Shown here in pieces: positions 46,901 to 55,161 of a stretch of DNA of 64,000 nt (its first letter is position 1; every line of letters starts with the position of its first letter). Position numbers and translations under genes: made by a program. The stretch lies in the NCBI GenBank assembly GCA_019746485.1, contig JAIERW010000022.1, forward strand, positions 3,280 through 67,279, in the 5' to 3' direction. The stretch comes from Candidatus Babeliales bacterium. Lineage in GTDB: Bacteria > Babelota > Babeliae > Babelales > RVW-14. Under the pieces are notes generated by a model. That model saw nothing but the letters and a program-made list of their open reading frames with translations. It made no database searches and was not told the DNA's origin.

Positions 46901-47993
46901 CTACATTGGTTGGTGCGTACGAGCTGGACGATGAACTTGAGCTGGATGAGCTAGATGACGAGCTGGATGATGATGTGACGGCCGTTACCGGTAAACATTC
47001 GTTACAGGCTCTTACCAAGAGCTGAGCAAAGGTTTCAAGTTTTTGAAAGATGGTGTCTTTAAATTTTTGTGCCAACTCGTTGCGGCGCGCGTACTGGCCC
47101 AGCTCGGTGATGAGCAGAGGAACGTTAACTTCTTGTTGTTGGCGTTGTCGTTTTTCACTGCGTGAAGATGGTGCTGACGAGGTGTCGGGAGTCATTTCGT
47201 TACGACCACGTTTAGGCCGAGCGTCATCTGACACTGCTAAAGCAGCAGCTGACGATGAGCTGGAACTTGAACTCGAGCTAGCGCTTGTGGCAGAAGCAGC
47301 GCCAGAGCTTGTGGCAGACGTGGTGCTTGTTGCTGTGGTGGCGCTAGAGCTTGTAGTAGATGCGGCGCCAGTGCTTATGCCAGAAATTGGTTGGTTTTGG
47401 TGTTTGCGGAGAGCATCGATAATGTCATCAATTTTAGCGTCTTTTTTAAATGATTGCTTGGTAACATTTTGTGCTCGTGTTTTGAGGGTACCAAGTTTTT
47501 GTTGTGTGCAGGTTGTGCTCAATTCTTTTAGTTCCACATATTCTTGGTAATCAGTTGTCAGGTTGGCAAAGTGTGGCGATGCTTGTTGAAAGTCAGCATC
47601 ATTCACGAGTGCTCGTACGATGGCGTTAGCACGCGTTCGCTCATCAGCATTTTTGTTCAACTCAAGTGCGTTGAGCATGCTGCCCACGGTGCCGATTGAA
47701 AAAAAGCGACACGGAATATCTTTTTGTGCTGGCGCAAAGCCACCCGGCGTTGCATTAAAAAGCTTTCTGATCAGTTGAACCGTTGCATCGTCAGGGTTAC
47801 CAAAGTGGTACAACTTTTCGATGTAGCGCATTTCAATGCCAAGCGCACCGCAGGCGGGCGACAAGGTAGCTCGATGCTCGGGCTTAAAAATATTCCACGT
47901 GCCTTTAATATCTTTGACATTGCCAGGTTGGGCAATAGTTGCCAAGCCAAGAGCAAATGTGACAACGGTTGAAAGTAAACGTAAAAACTTCAT
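43914..47993 (-). CDS. Giant secreted effector-like protein, paralog 2 of 3. It has two poly-Ser tracts, KRGR/KRQR motifs, a Cys/His domain and an extended HEAT-like repeat region
   Basis: 1359 aa. Signal peptide MKFLRLLSTVVTFALGLATIAQPG. Motifs ADCVETTIRNLCN and RHAYAER. Repeated units of the type D..VR..A..LF..L....Y.PAF.AATQAA. Confidence 0.88.
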   Translation of the reverse strand: MKFLRLLSTVVTFALGLATIAQPGNVKDIKGTWNIFKPEHRATLSPACGALGIEMRYIEKLYHFGNPDDATVQLIRKLFNATPGGFAPAQKDIPCRFFSIGTVGSMLNALELNKNADERTRANAIVRALVNDADFQQASPHFANLTTDYQEYVELKELSTTCTQQKLGTLKTRAQNVTKQSFKKDAKIDDIIDALRKHQNQPISGISTGAASTTSSSATTATSTTSATSSGAASATSASSSSSSSSSSAAALAVSDDARPKRGRNEMTPDTSSAPSSRSEKRQRQQQEVNVPLLITELGQYARRNELAQKFKDTIFQKLETFAQLLVRACNECLPVTAVTSSSSSSSSSSSSSSSSSSYAPTNVDDFVYRPYTAQHALLAFAYKKANAKNDFVPFFKKLDQQFFIDDITFDQTWQNDVYAEDAHVKIHADFITNFAGKSGQEIFATCAGNAFTDVVLTEVRRQLYSQTIPVLPENREAYFETFRVADCVETTIRNLCNVVTYNKETATFGNHVEGLALAPELAAFYSTERNRLESKTDALEVRQDWGNIVQNLPHITYGRAKLPTNNDFYFAAPNDTCGFIKLAGIRASEAHTTDITLSPLDHNGNAIAGGTPHTFEQITVNGSSYVLVGDDYHLFEVMPSIKNIVIMMNQFFNLDLFGAAPGQPSSSSAPAASLEADFFKPDFNSQSFEKLCAKLNWGVEHNVLAQLDNEHIPELRLTLTQGRVAPFTLCIMPGRHAYAERPLNSIPLVAHQKALQQYLCSQIKTKAGACETLLFDLYKSNEVAWGFSGLYRYFTRNLFSGETKSAVINSIIENTRTSLALTSLASQLIKTMPVAADFQAQRSIATHLHMNLDFVKANKNNKQLKEAIAHLAQQTSEQTNYLLQIGVFEKLMTTLIELNMKQELEVCMQLATNNVSNVDRWTREPACKILKALIKGNYQPAFDAATQAAATNATHTDPRVREQAHELFTALFEQGHQKAADAATTCVANNIDHDDEVMRNSMINLVAALLSPPTAREVIEHSAKHYMNHPKGYFRFLALDGFAHLVNKKHQSAFKNALEAAKDNIIYQDCQRDEKTQSFHSPSFAIGNATTKVFSALFAQNFEPAFEAAHKAIKENLCNEKRVIRAWALKLLKKLIQTDYSSKNESVNIYAYELASELAKSRHSVYVNHALVLFQALVKTNYEKAYQDATITATANIQNIDREIQFSVQELFTSLFEKNHQPAFEAATQAATDNISHENTVIQGSGLSLFKNLIKHNYKAAFAPATQAVQTIMQAPPKYSENTLLDLCVELVEKDYEPAIASATTVAEQSDRSFFLSRALKKHKQQTCDDLSQKNSTTSSLSSSSSATSSSTPVTDDE

Positions 47994-48005
47994 GATAACC
48001 TCTTT

Positions 48006-51000
48006 TTAAATCTTGTTAATGCGTATTTTATCAATAATATCCTGTACCAATTCTTTAATTATGGGGTTTGCGTGGTGTGCAAATTTGTTGGCAGCTTCGC
48101 GTGCTGCGGTGAAAGCTACTCTTTCTGCAACGAGTAAGTTGAATATCATAAGTCCATGGCGAATGGTGTTTGGGTTAGTACTGCAAGTAGCTTTTTTTGC
48201 TGCCTGTTCTGCCTGCTCAAACCCAAGGTCTTTCATAATAAATAATGCAAAAATTTCATAAGCAAAGTTTTGAATTTCTGGGTTGGCATGGTGTAAGGTA
48301 TTGTTGGCAGCAAAAAGGATAGTGTTGATGTTTGATAATTGTTTGATAAGCCGTTCTTCTAGCAGTTGATAAACGAGGGACCTAATTTCTGAGTATTCAT
48401 AATTCATATTAAGTATGATAAATTGGTCTGCCAATTTGTAGGCTGGTTCATAATCGTTTTGCATAAGCGCTGAGATAAGGAAAAATTTTTTTCTTATCAT
48501 ACTTCTGGTTGATTGACTCATATTATTTTTTACCAGCTCATGTGCTACATAATACGTTTCTTGATTCTCGCATTTTTTGACAAGTATAAGGGCCGCTTGC
48601 AGAGCAGTATCTATTTTTTCAGGACCGGCTTCTTGTACAAATTTGTAGGCTAAATCAAAACCTTCTGTTTTTTGACAGAGACATTCTAAAAGAATGGTAG
48701 CTTGCATTTGAGTTTGACAGTCGCTATGAGTTAGACTTTCTAGAGCTGCGTGCAAGGCTGGCTCATGTGCTTTGCCTTGTTTAACAAGGCTTTTAAACAG
48801 GTTGAGTGCTTCTAATCTGAGGTCTTCATCATCGCTTGTGCTATAGTGAGAGGCGAGTTGAATAATTCTTTGTAGCTCTTCTTGCATGTTCAGAATTATT
48901 ACTATTTTTGAGAAGCTTTGAAGAAGAATCAATTGATCTTCTGGATCATTTATTTCGTCTAAAGCTTCAAGCGCTGATTTTTGCAGTGCCTTTTTGAGCA
49001 CATTATTATCTTGGTGACTGACGACAAAATTGATGTTTTGGGAGAGGTAGCTAGTAATGCCGTTGTCGTTTTCATCAGTTTGAGTGATGCGCAATGATGT
49101 CATTAATTGACTCGCAAACGAAATAAAATTCGGGTTTATTTCACGAGGTTTGCTTGTCCTAATGATACGGCGTAAAATTGCGAATTTTGTATCATCATCA
49201 AAAAGATTGTGCATAAAAAAGTTGTTGTGTGTATAAAAACTATGTTCTTTGGGGTAAATTCCAAATTTAATGTTGTAATTTTTATACAAATCCAAGAAAA
49301 GCAGTAAGCGTGGGCTTAATGCATCTTCACGTGATGTTAGGCTTGAACAGAGCTTTTGTTGGTAGGAGGTTGGTTTGTATTCAGTATTTAAGCGTTCGGC
49401 ACACGCGTGTATTCCTGGTCTGATATAAATTTCAAAAAACGCTTTGCCTTCTTTGCCTTCATCTTCTTGGCTGAGAGTTTTTTCTAGTTCTAGTGTTTGT
49501 TCTTTGTCTTCTTCGTCTAGCTCATAATCATCATTCAGAACCCATCCGCATGCGGTGCATAGGTCTTTAAAGCGTGGTGAAGTAAATGTTGAGCTAAAAA
49601 AATCATTTGCTATGGAACTTGGTGAAGGTATGCCAAGAAGGTGGTTAGTAATAATTGTAATATTCTTGAGTGATGCTTTAATTTCAAAAAGCTCGTAGTG
49701 GTCGTCTTGGATAAGAATGTATGAATGGTTGTTGATCGTAAGAGTGTTAAACGTATGTGCCGCTTGCTTAGTTACTCTCTGTGTTGCTGAATCGTGTGGA
49801 ATAATTTTGGCAGTCCCGTGTTGAGCATCGCTAGGGACTGTGATATTGTTAAGCTTGATAAAGCCATCTAAGGTATCTGGGCATTCAAAATAAATTGTTG
49901 TGTTGTTAGCAGGTGTTGCTAATTGATAGGTTATATTAGGCAAGTTTTGAATGAGATCGCTCCATTCCTGATGAACTTGTTGCATTCCTGATGTATCTTC
50001 TTTTCTGTTAAGTAGATTGTTTTGAAAAAATGTGTTGAGTTCTGGTGTAAGAGTAAGGCCGTTGGCGTTGCCAGCGGTTCGTGTAGTTTTGTTGTTGGTG
50101 GCAATTCTGCACAGGTTGTTTATGGTATTTTCTACGCAGTTACTAAATTTTATTCCCTTGAAGCAAATTTTTTGATGGCGTGTTAAGCACGGAATAGTTT
50201 TACCGTACAATTGACGTCTTATTTCAGTAAAAACAATATCGGTAAAGTCTGCTGTTGCAAGACTTGCAAAAGCTTCCTCTTCTGATTTTCCGGCTAGGCA
50301 AAGCTCAAGGCTTGCATGAATGTTGGTGTGCTCATCGTCAGCGTACAAATCGCTGTACCAAGCTTGTTCAGGTCGCGAGCCTGAAACAAAGAAGCTTTCA
50401 TTGAGTTGATTAAAGTAATCAGCAAAATTTTCTTTAGAATCTGTTTTTTGATAAATCCAGGCAAGAAGGGCGTGCTGGGCCGTGTAAGGCCGGTACACTA
50501 AGCTATCGTGTAACCTGTAACTTGGTTCTGGTAGTAGTGAAGAAGAAGATAGAGCTGAAAGCCTAATTATATTCGCCGTGTATTGATAGTGGCACTCAGC
50601 ACAAGCGTCAATAAGTAACTGTGTAAAGTCTAGAATGTGTTTATAGATAGGCATTTGTTTGGTGTTAAATTTTTTTGCCAATTGTTCCAACTCTGCGTGC
50701 GGTTTTAAACCTTCAATAATTTGAGGGACTGTGTACGTTTCTTTTTGGCGCTGTCTTTTTGGTACTTTTTCTTTGTGAGGACTTCTTGGTCGTTGTCTTT
50801 TTCTGGAGTAGTCAGTTTCATCATTTTCAGTATCTGAGAAAAAGCTTTGAGAAGACGATGACGAAGATCCGCTGCTTGAAGAAGCACTTGTGTGTTGTGT
50901 GCTGATGTGACTATTTTCTTTTTCAAGAGTTTCTATAATTTTTGCCAACGGAGCTTTTCTTAAGGTTGGGTTATTCAAAAATTCAAGGGCTTTTTGCTTA

Positions 51001-51509
51001 AAGAGACTAAATTTATCATTTGATCGATCCAGCTCTTTCTTGAGCCTGAGGAACCTAACAAAGTCTTTGGCATTTTGAGTAAAAGCTGGATTGTTGAGGT
51101 TTTTTTGAAAGTCTTGATCATTTACCAGAACGTTTATAAGTGGATAAAAAGCCAAGGATAGAGAATTTTTATACGTTTCTAGAACATTCAAAAGCTTGCC
51201 AACAGTTGCTCGAGAAAAATACCGAGCAGGAGAGCTAACTTGCGTTGGTGCAAAGCTGCCAGGCACCACGTGAAACAGTTGCTTAAGTAATTTTATCGTT
51301 GCATGCTCTGGGTTACCAAAGTGATAGAGTTTTTCCAGGTACTTCATTTCAATACCAAGAGCGCCACAGGCTAGCGAGAGCGTGAGGCGGTGTTCAGGCT
51401 TTAAAACGTTGTCGGTACCTTTGAGGTACTGAACATCGTTGGGCTGGGCTGTTGTGCTCAAGCCCAGGGCAAACATAAGAATAGTTGAAAGTAAACGTAA
51501 AAACTTCAT
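48006..51509 (-). CDS. Giant secreted effector-like protein, paralog 1 of 3 (first gene of the operon)
   Basis: 1167 aa. Signal peptide MKFLRLLSTILMFALGLSTTAQP. SSSSGSSSSSS...SRKRQRPRSPHKEKVPKRQRQK. Motifs SNCVENTINNLCR and IHACAER. GGAGG RBS. Confidence 0.88.
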   Translation of the reverse strand: MKFLRLLSTILMFALGLSTTAQPNDVQYLKGTDNVLKPEHRLTLSLACGALGIEMKYLEKLYHFGNPEHATIKLLKQLFHVVPGSFAPTQVSSPARYFSRATVGKLLNVLETYKNSLSLAFYPLINVLVNDQDFQKNLNNPAFTQNAKDFVRFLRLKKELDRSNDKFSLFKQKALEFLNNPTLRKAPLAKIIETLEKENSHISTQHTSASSSSGSSSSSSQSFFSDTENDETDYSRKRQRPRSPHKEKVPKRQRQKETYTVPQIIEGLKPHAELEQLAKKFNTKQMPIYKHILDFTQLLIDACAECHYQYTANIIRLSALSSSSLLPEPSYRLHDSLVYRPYTAQHALLAWIYQKTDSKENFADYFNQLNESFFVSGSRPEQAWYSDLYADDEHTNIHASLELCLAGKSEEEAFASLATADFTDIVFTEIRRQLYGKTIPCLTRHQKICFKGIKFSNCVENTINNLCRIATNNKTTRTAGNANGLTLTPELNTFFQNNLLNRKEDTSGMQQVHQEWSDLIQNLPNITYQLATPANNTTIYFECPDTLDGFIKLNNITVPSDAQHGTAKIIPHDSATQRVTKQAAHTFNTLTINNHSYILIQDDHYELFEIKASLKNITIITNHLLGIPSPSSIANDFFSSTFTSPRFKDLCTACGWVLNDDYELDEEDKEQTLELEKTLSQEDEGKEGKAFFEIYIRPGIHACAERLNTEYKPTSYQQKLCSSLTSREDALSPRLLLFLDLYKNYNIKFGIYPKEHSFYTHNNFFMHNLFDDDTKFAILRRIIRTSKPREINPNFISFASQLMTSLRITQTDENDNGITSYLSQNINFVVSHQDNNVLKKALQKSALEALDEINDPEDQLILLQSFSKIVIILNMQEELQRIIQLASHYSTSDDEDLRLEALNLFKSLVKQGKAHEPALHAALESLTHSDCQTQMQATILLECLCQKTEGFDLAYKFVQEAGPEKIDTALQAALILVKKCENQETYYVAHELVKNNMSQSTRSMIRKKFFLISALMQNDYEPAYKLADQFIILNMNYEYSEIRSLVYQLLEERLIKQLSNINTILFAANNTLHHANPEIQNFAYEIFALFIMKDLGFEQAEQAAKKATCSTNPNTIRHGLMIFNLLVAERVAFTAAREAANKFAHHANPIIKELVQDIIDKIRINKI

Positions 51510-51514
51510 ATAAC

Positions 51515-51590
51515 CTCCATCCGTCTTCGCTCTATGGCTATGACGTGACTGTGCCGCCCTCGCTTTTTGAGCGTAGACGGGCTTTTTTAA
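51515..51590. repeat. Degenerate fragment of the modular repeat family, in the 5' leader of the giant-protein operon
   Basis: GTCTTCGCTCTATGGCTATGACG...GAGCGTAGACGGGC resembles the P and T modules (GGTGGCTATGGCGC and CTACGCTC). The match is partial. Confidence 0.35.
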
Positions 51591-51622
51591 CCATTTTTTC
51601 TATCTTTTAATAGATTTAATAT

Positions 51623-51651
51623 ATTCTAACAGAAATTTAAATTTATGTAAA
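51623..51651 (-). promoter_or_regulatory. Strong sigma-70-type promoter candidate for the giant-protein operon
   Basis: On the minus strand: TTTACA, then a 17-nt spacer, then TGtTAGAAT (extended -10). It lies about 110 nt upstream of the ATG at 51509. Confidence 0.6.
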
Positions 51652-51723
51652 ATGCGGCCAGATAGTGGCAAAAAGAAGCAAATTTTGATGTTTTGGGGGC
51701 TTGGATGGGGTGGCCCGGACGGT

Positions 51724-52656
51724 TTAGTCTTTTTGAGAAAAAATGGTCTGATCCAAGAAGCGCAGCACCTTCTTTTGGTACATTGGCGCATGGTACGTAT
51801 GCAGCCAGCCGTGGCGGCAGCGGGGGCCTATCCACAACCGAGTGTCTTTGTTTTGGGCAACGGCATACAGCTGCAGGCTGTTTTCGGGGTTTATAAACTT
51901 GTCGTTGCAGGAATGAATGAATAAAATGGGCAGTTTAATCTTTTTTACGCTTTCAACGGGGGACATGTTGTGGATATCGCAATTATTAACATAGTGAAAC
52001 ATGGCGCGTGCGATAGGGAAAAATGGGTAGTAGGGCAAGCCAACTTTCAAGTTAAAGCCGCGCAAAAACATTGTCTTAAGTTCTGAAAACGTGGAGTCGA
52101 TAATTAATGCATCGCATAAATCTTGTTTTACTTCTGCTGCTTTAAGTGCGGAAGCGCCGCCCATGGAAATACCCAACACAACCAAGCGCAATTTATTGTC
52201 GTAATGTTTCATAAAGTCTGCCGCAGCAATAACATCTTTGTACTCATGGCAACCAATCGAGGTGGTACTGCCAGGGCTTTGGCCGTGCGCGCGAAAATCA
52301 AAGATCAAAATGTTGTATGTTGGAAACATGTCTATCAGGCCGTACATAAACTCTTTGCAGCCCTGGTAGCCATGACACAACACTAAATTTGCTTGTGCGT
52401 GTGGTCGCGCAAAAAGCAGGCCTTGTAATTCAAAGCCATCGCTTGTTTCAAACATGACATGTTTGACATCGTTGCGTTTGAGCAACTCATTGCGAATATC
52501 AATGGTTAATGTAGAAAGTTTGGTGCCATAAATAATACGGTCGCCTGCGCTGACAAAGCGGTAGACGGTGTAGTACGAAATGCCCAGCACGGTCATGAGT
52601 GTGATAAAAAAGCAGCCGAGCGCAATAAAAAATGAACTGCGCGAAAAGTGTATCAT
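51724..52656 (-). CDS. Membrane-anchored alpha/beta-fold hydrolase
   Basis: N-terminal TM segment. Nucleophile elbow GISMGGASA. LCHGYQG oxyanion region. C-terminal His in RCRHGW. Its start overlaps the stop of the upstream HIT gene (ATGA). Confidence 0.8.
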   Translation of the reverse strand: MIHFSRSSFFIALGCFFITLMTVLGISYYTVYRFVSAGDRIIYGTKLSTLTIDIRNELLKRNDVKHVMFETSDGFELQGLLFARPHAQANLVLCHGYQGCKEFMYGLIDMFPTYNILIFDFRAHGQSPGSTTSIGCHEYKDVIAAADFMKHYDNKLRLVVLGISMGGASALKAAEVKQDLCDALIIDSTFSELKTMFLRGFNLKVGLPYYPFFPIARAMFHYVNNCDIHNMSPVESVKKIKLPILFIHSCNDKFINPENSLQLYAVAQNKDTRLWIGPRCRHGWLHTYHAPMYQKKVLRFLDQTIFSQKD

Positions 52657-53024
52657 TACAGTTTCAATCCCTGTTCATAAACATTTCTTCCTGCCAAAAA
52701 ATGCCAGTGAAGATGGAAAACACTTTGCCCAGATGCGCGGCCATTGTTGCTGACAATATTAAATGACGGTGGTGTTGCAAGCGTTGTGCTCAGTTCTGTG
52801 ACCATGTTCACCATGGCAAGAGCAAAGTCGTTGTCTGTTGGCGTTAATGCACTCATATCAGCAATGTGTTTTTTTGGAATAATTAAATAATGAATTGGTG
52901 CTTTGGGCGTGATATCTTGGACAACGACTACACATTCATTTTCAGTGATTTTTTTTGCGGGAAGAGTTCCCTGAATGATTTTACAAAAAATACATGAAGC
53001 GCTTAAATTTTCTAACACTTCCAT
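52656..53024 (-). CDS. HIT-family protein (Hint-like histidine triad nucleotide-binding protein)
   Basis: CIFCKIIQG...[14 protein letters not shown]...HLHWHFLAG. Confidence 0.9.
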   Translation of the reverse strand: MEVLENLSASCIFCKIIQGTLPAKKITENECVVVVQDITPKAPIHYLIIPKKHIADMSALTPTDNDFALAMVNMVTELSTTLATPPSFNIVSNNGRASGQSVFHLHWHFLAGRNVYEQGLKL

Positions 53025-53044
53025 CCTTTTTCCTTAGAGCTCTG

Positions 53045-53212
53045 GGGCGCGTCCTTCGAGACGTCTTGCTTCGCCAAGGCTTCGCCAGACTCCTCAGGAT
53101 GAGCGGGCCTATATATCTCATTTAAGAGAGGTGCCTGTCCTCCAAAGCCACCTGGGCGTAGGAGGAGCCTGCCAGCTGAAGCTACAAGCGCTTTAGCGCG
53201 CAGAGCGTAAGC
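53045..53212 (-). repeat. Full composite copy of the modular repeat (T, P and S modules) directly 3' of tRNA-Leu
   Basis: The minus strand reads GCTTACGCTCTGCGCGCTAAAGCGCTTGTAGCTTCAGCTGGCAGGC (T module), CCTACGCCCAGGTGGCTTTGGAGGACAGGCA (P module) and CCGCTCATCCTGAGGA...GTCTCGAAGG (S module). Confidence 0.75.
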
Positions 53213-53299
53213 TGGTGCCGAAGGTCGGACTCGAACCGACACGGTGTCGCCACCGCGGGATTTTGAGTCCCGTGCGTCTACCAATTTCGCCACTTCGGC
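53213..53299 (-). tRNA. tRNA-Leu (anticodon CAA), CCA encoded
   Basis: GCCGAAGTGGCGAAATTGGTAGACGCACGGGACTCAAAATCCCG + long variable arm + GGTTCGAGTCCGACCTTCGGCACCA. I folded the cloverleaf by hand. Confidence 0.92.
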
Positions 53300-53375
53300 A
53301 TGCCCATGTAATTACGCACTATGCTACCAGAATGCTGCATAACGTCAAGAGTTTTGCATGCTTTTTTAAGGTTTT

Positions 53376-54584
53376 TTAAAGTGTGCTGGCCAAATTGAAG
53401 ATTGGTAAATAAATGCTTAGCATCAAAATAGTAATGATTATGCCTACCAGGATAAGCAAAAGTGGGTTTGCAACGACTGTTAAAATATGCAGCGAGCGTG
53501 CTAGTTGTGTTTGCAAGGCAATCAGCATTTTGTCGAGCATGAGTGCCAGCTTGCCTGTTTGTTCGCCGGTTGAAACAAACGCAATAACATCATCAGGAAA
53601 GTAGCGCGTGCCACTTTGTTTAAGCGCTTTTTCAAACGATTTGCCTTGCGTGATAGCGGTGCTTATCAACTCCAGCTGATGCTTAAATTCTCCGTGCTGT
53701 GCGGCTTGTTGAGCAACGGTTAGTGCCTGGCTGAGTGTGGTGCCGCTTTTGAGCAGCATAGAAATCATTTGAAACGAGTAGATCAAGTTTGAGTAGAGCC
53801 ATATTTTACGCACAAACGGTGTGCGTGCTACCAACCAGTCGGTTGCTGTTTTAACGCGTTCAAGTTTGAGCAGTAGGCGCGTGAGCGCTATAAAGCCGGG
53901 AATGCTTAGCCACACCAGCAAGCCTGCCGGTGCGCGCAAAAACGAGCTCAGCGCAATAATGTGCCGTGTGAGTGGTGGCAGCTCTTTGCCGGTGGACGTA
54001 AACAGTTCTTGAAACTGCGGGATAATAAAAATCATGATACAGCCAACAATGAGCAGGGCAAACGTGAGCGTGATGCCGGGCAGCAGGGCTGCTTGCTTGA
54101 GCTTTTTGGTTAGCTGGATGCGCTGCTGCAGGTAGGCAACAATGGTATAAAACGAGTCGGAAAGTTTACCCGCGGCTTGGCCTGCCTTGACGGCGTTGAT
54201 AATAAACGGCGAAAATGCCCCTGTTTGCTCGAGAGCGTGCGAGAAGCTATTGCCGCAGGTTATTTCTTTTATCAGGTGCTGGGCGTGACCCTTGAGCGTT
54301 TGGTTGCTGGTTTGTTTGGCGACCAGTTCAAGCGCGTGTGCAAGATCTATGCCGCTTTCAAGCAGGAGTGCCAATGTTGCAAAAAAGCGTTCTAGTTCTT
54401 GTGGGGCGAGTTTTGTGCGGCTCAAATGCAAAAACGAGAAGAGTGGTTTCTTTTTGGCATACGACAAAAGGGCTATCTGTCGGTCGAGTAGTTCTTTTTT
54501 GAGCGCTTCGGGTGTAACCGCCTCGTGGTAGCCGTGTTGGTTGTTGCCGTGTGCGTCAATGCCTTTCCAAAAAAACGTTGGCAT
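53376..54584 (-). CDS. Type II secretion / type IV pilus inner-membrane platform protein (GspF/PilC family)
   Basis: 402 aa with two repeated T2SS-F-like halves and 3 TM segments. The N-terminus FFWKGIDAHGNNQHGYHEAVTPEALKKELLDRQIALL is typical of PilC/GspF. Confidence 0.85.
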   Translation of the reverse strand: MPTFFWKGIDAHGNNQHGYHEAVTPEALKKELLDRQIALLSYAKKKPLFSFLHLSRTKLAPQELERFFATLALLLESGIDLAHALELVAKQTSNQTLKGHAQHLIKEITCGNSFSHALEQTGAFSPFIINAVKAGQAAGKLSDSFYTIVAYLQQRIQLTKKLKQAALLPGITLTFALLIVGCIMIFIIPQFQELFTSTGKELPPLTRHIIALSSFLRAPAGLLVWLSIPGFIALTRLLLKLERVKTATDWLVARTPFVRKIWLYSNLIYSFQMISMLLKSGTTLSQALTVAQQAAQHGEFKHQLELISTAITQGKSFEKALKQSGTRYFPDDVIAFVSTGEQTGKLALMLDKMLIALQTQLARSLHILTVVANPLLLILVGIIITILMLSIYLPIFNLASTL

Positions 54585-54594
54585 AGCACCCTCG

Positions 54595-54879
54595 CTAAAT
54601 AGTCATTTGCACTTCAAGCCCCAGTTCGAGCAAGATCTCTTCTTTTGAACGTTTGGTATCAATTTTTATTAATTTTGACCGAGAAGTTGCGCCGCGCACA
54701 ATTTCTACGTTGTTTTGTGCTACGTTGAGTTTTTTGCTCAAAAATTTTATCAACTCAGCATTGGCCTTTCCGCTCTCGGGCGCGCTTTTTAAGTAGCATT
54801 TGATTGTGTTGTTTTTGTCATAGTTTAATGCTTGTTTGCCCGCATTTGGGGTTACTTTTATTTCAAGGAGAATGCTCAT
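54595..54879 (-). CDS. yggU: DUF167/YggU-family protein
   Basis: LEIKVTPNAGKQ...LKSAPESGKANAELIKFLSKKL...VEIVRGATSRSKLIKI. Confidence 0.88.
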   Translation of the reverse strand: MSILLEIKVTPNAGKQALNYDKNNTIKCYLKSAPESGKANAELIKFLSKKLNVAQNNVEIVRGATSRSKLIKIDTKRSKEEILLELGLEVQMTI

Positions 54880-55021
54880 AACGTCCCTCTCACTAGCGTT
54901 TTTCGTAAAAAAACAAAAAAAATGATAGACAATTGCGACATTTTTATTATTATTTCATATACTAACTCAAGGTAAGAAGATACAGAAATAGATTGAAATA
55001 CCCAAGATTATAAAATAATAT

Positions 55022-55098
55022 GCGCCCATAGCTCAATTGGATAGAGTATCAGACTACGAATCTGACGGTTAGAGGTTCGAGTCCTCTTGGGCGCACCA
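55022..55098 (+). tRNA. tRNA-Arg (anticodon ACG), CCA encoded
   Basis: GCGCCCA-TA-GCTC-AATTGGATA-GAGT-A-TCAGA-CTACGAA-TCTGA-CGGTT-AGAGG-TTCGAGT-CCTCT-TGGGCGC-A-CCA. Confidence 0.93.
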
Positions 55099-55156
55099 TC
55101 CTACGCTCGGCGTGCTTAGGCACTTGTAGCTTTGGACGGCAGGCTTTTTGTTTTTT
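55099..55156 (+). repeat. tRNA-trailer element (T module) followed by a T-run
   Basis: TCCTACGCTCGGCGTGCTTAGGCACTTGTAGCTTTGGACGGCAGGC, then TTTTTGTTTTTT. Confidence 0.75.
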
Positions 55157-55161
55157 GAGGA

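Noticed and set aside
51652-51924. Plus-strand ORFs 51652-51924 and 51693-51896, and minus-strand ORFs 51600-51835.
   Set aside because: They overlap the 3' end of the alpha/beta-hydrolase gene or the promoter/leader region, have no RBS, and show Gly/Pro/Trp-rich nonsense composition.
53300-53375. Possible promoter for tRNA-Leu: TTGACG on the minus strand followed by CATAGT.
   Set aside because: The spacer would be 19 nt and the -10 is poor. It cannot be supported from sequence alone.
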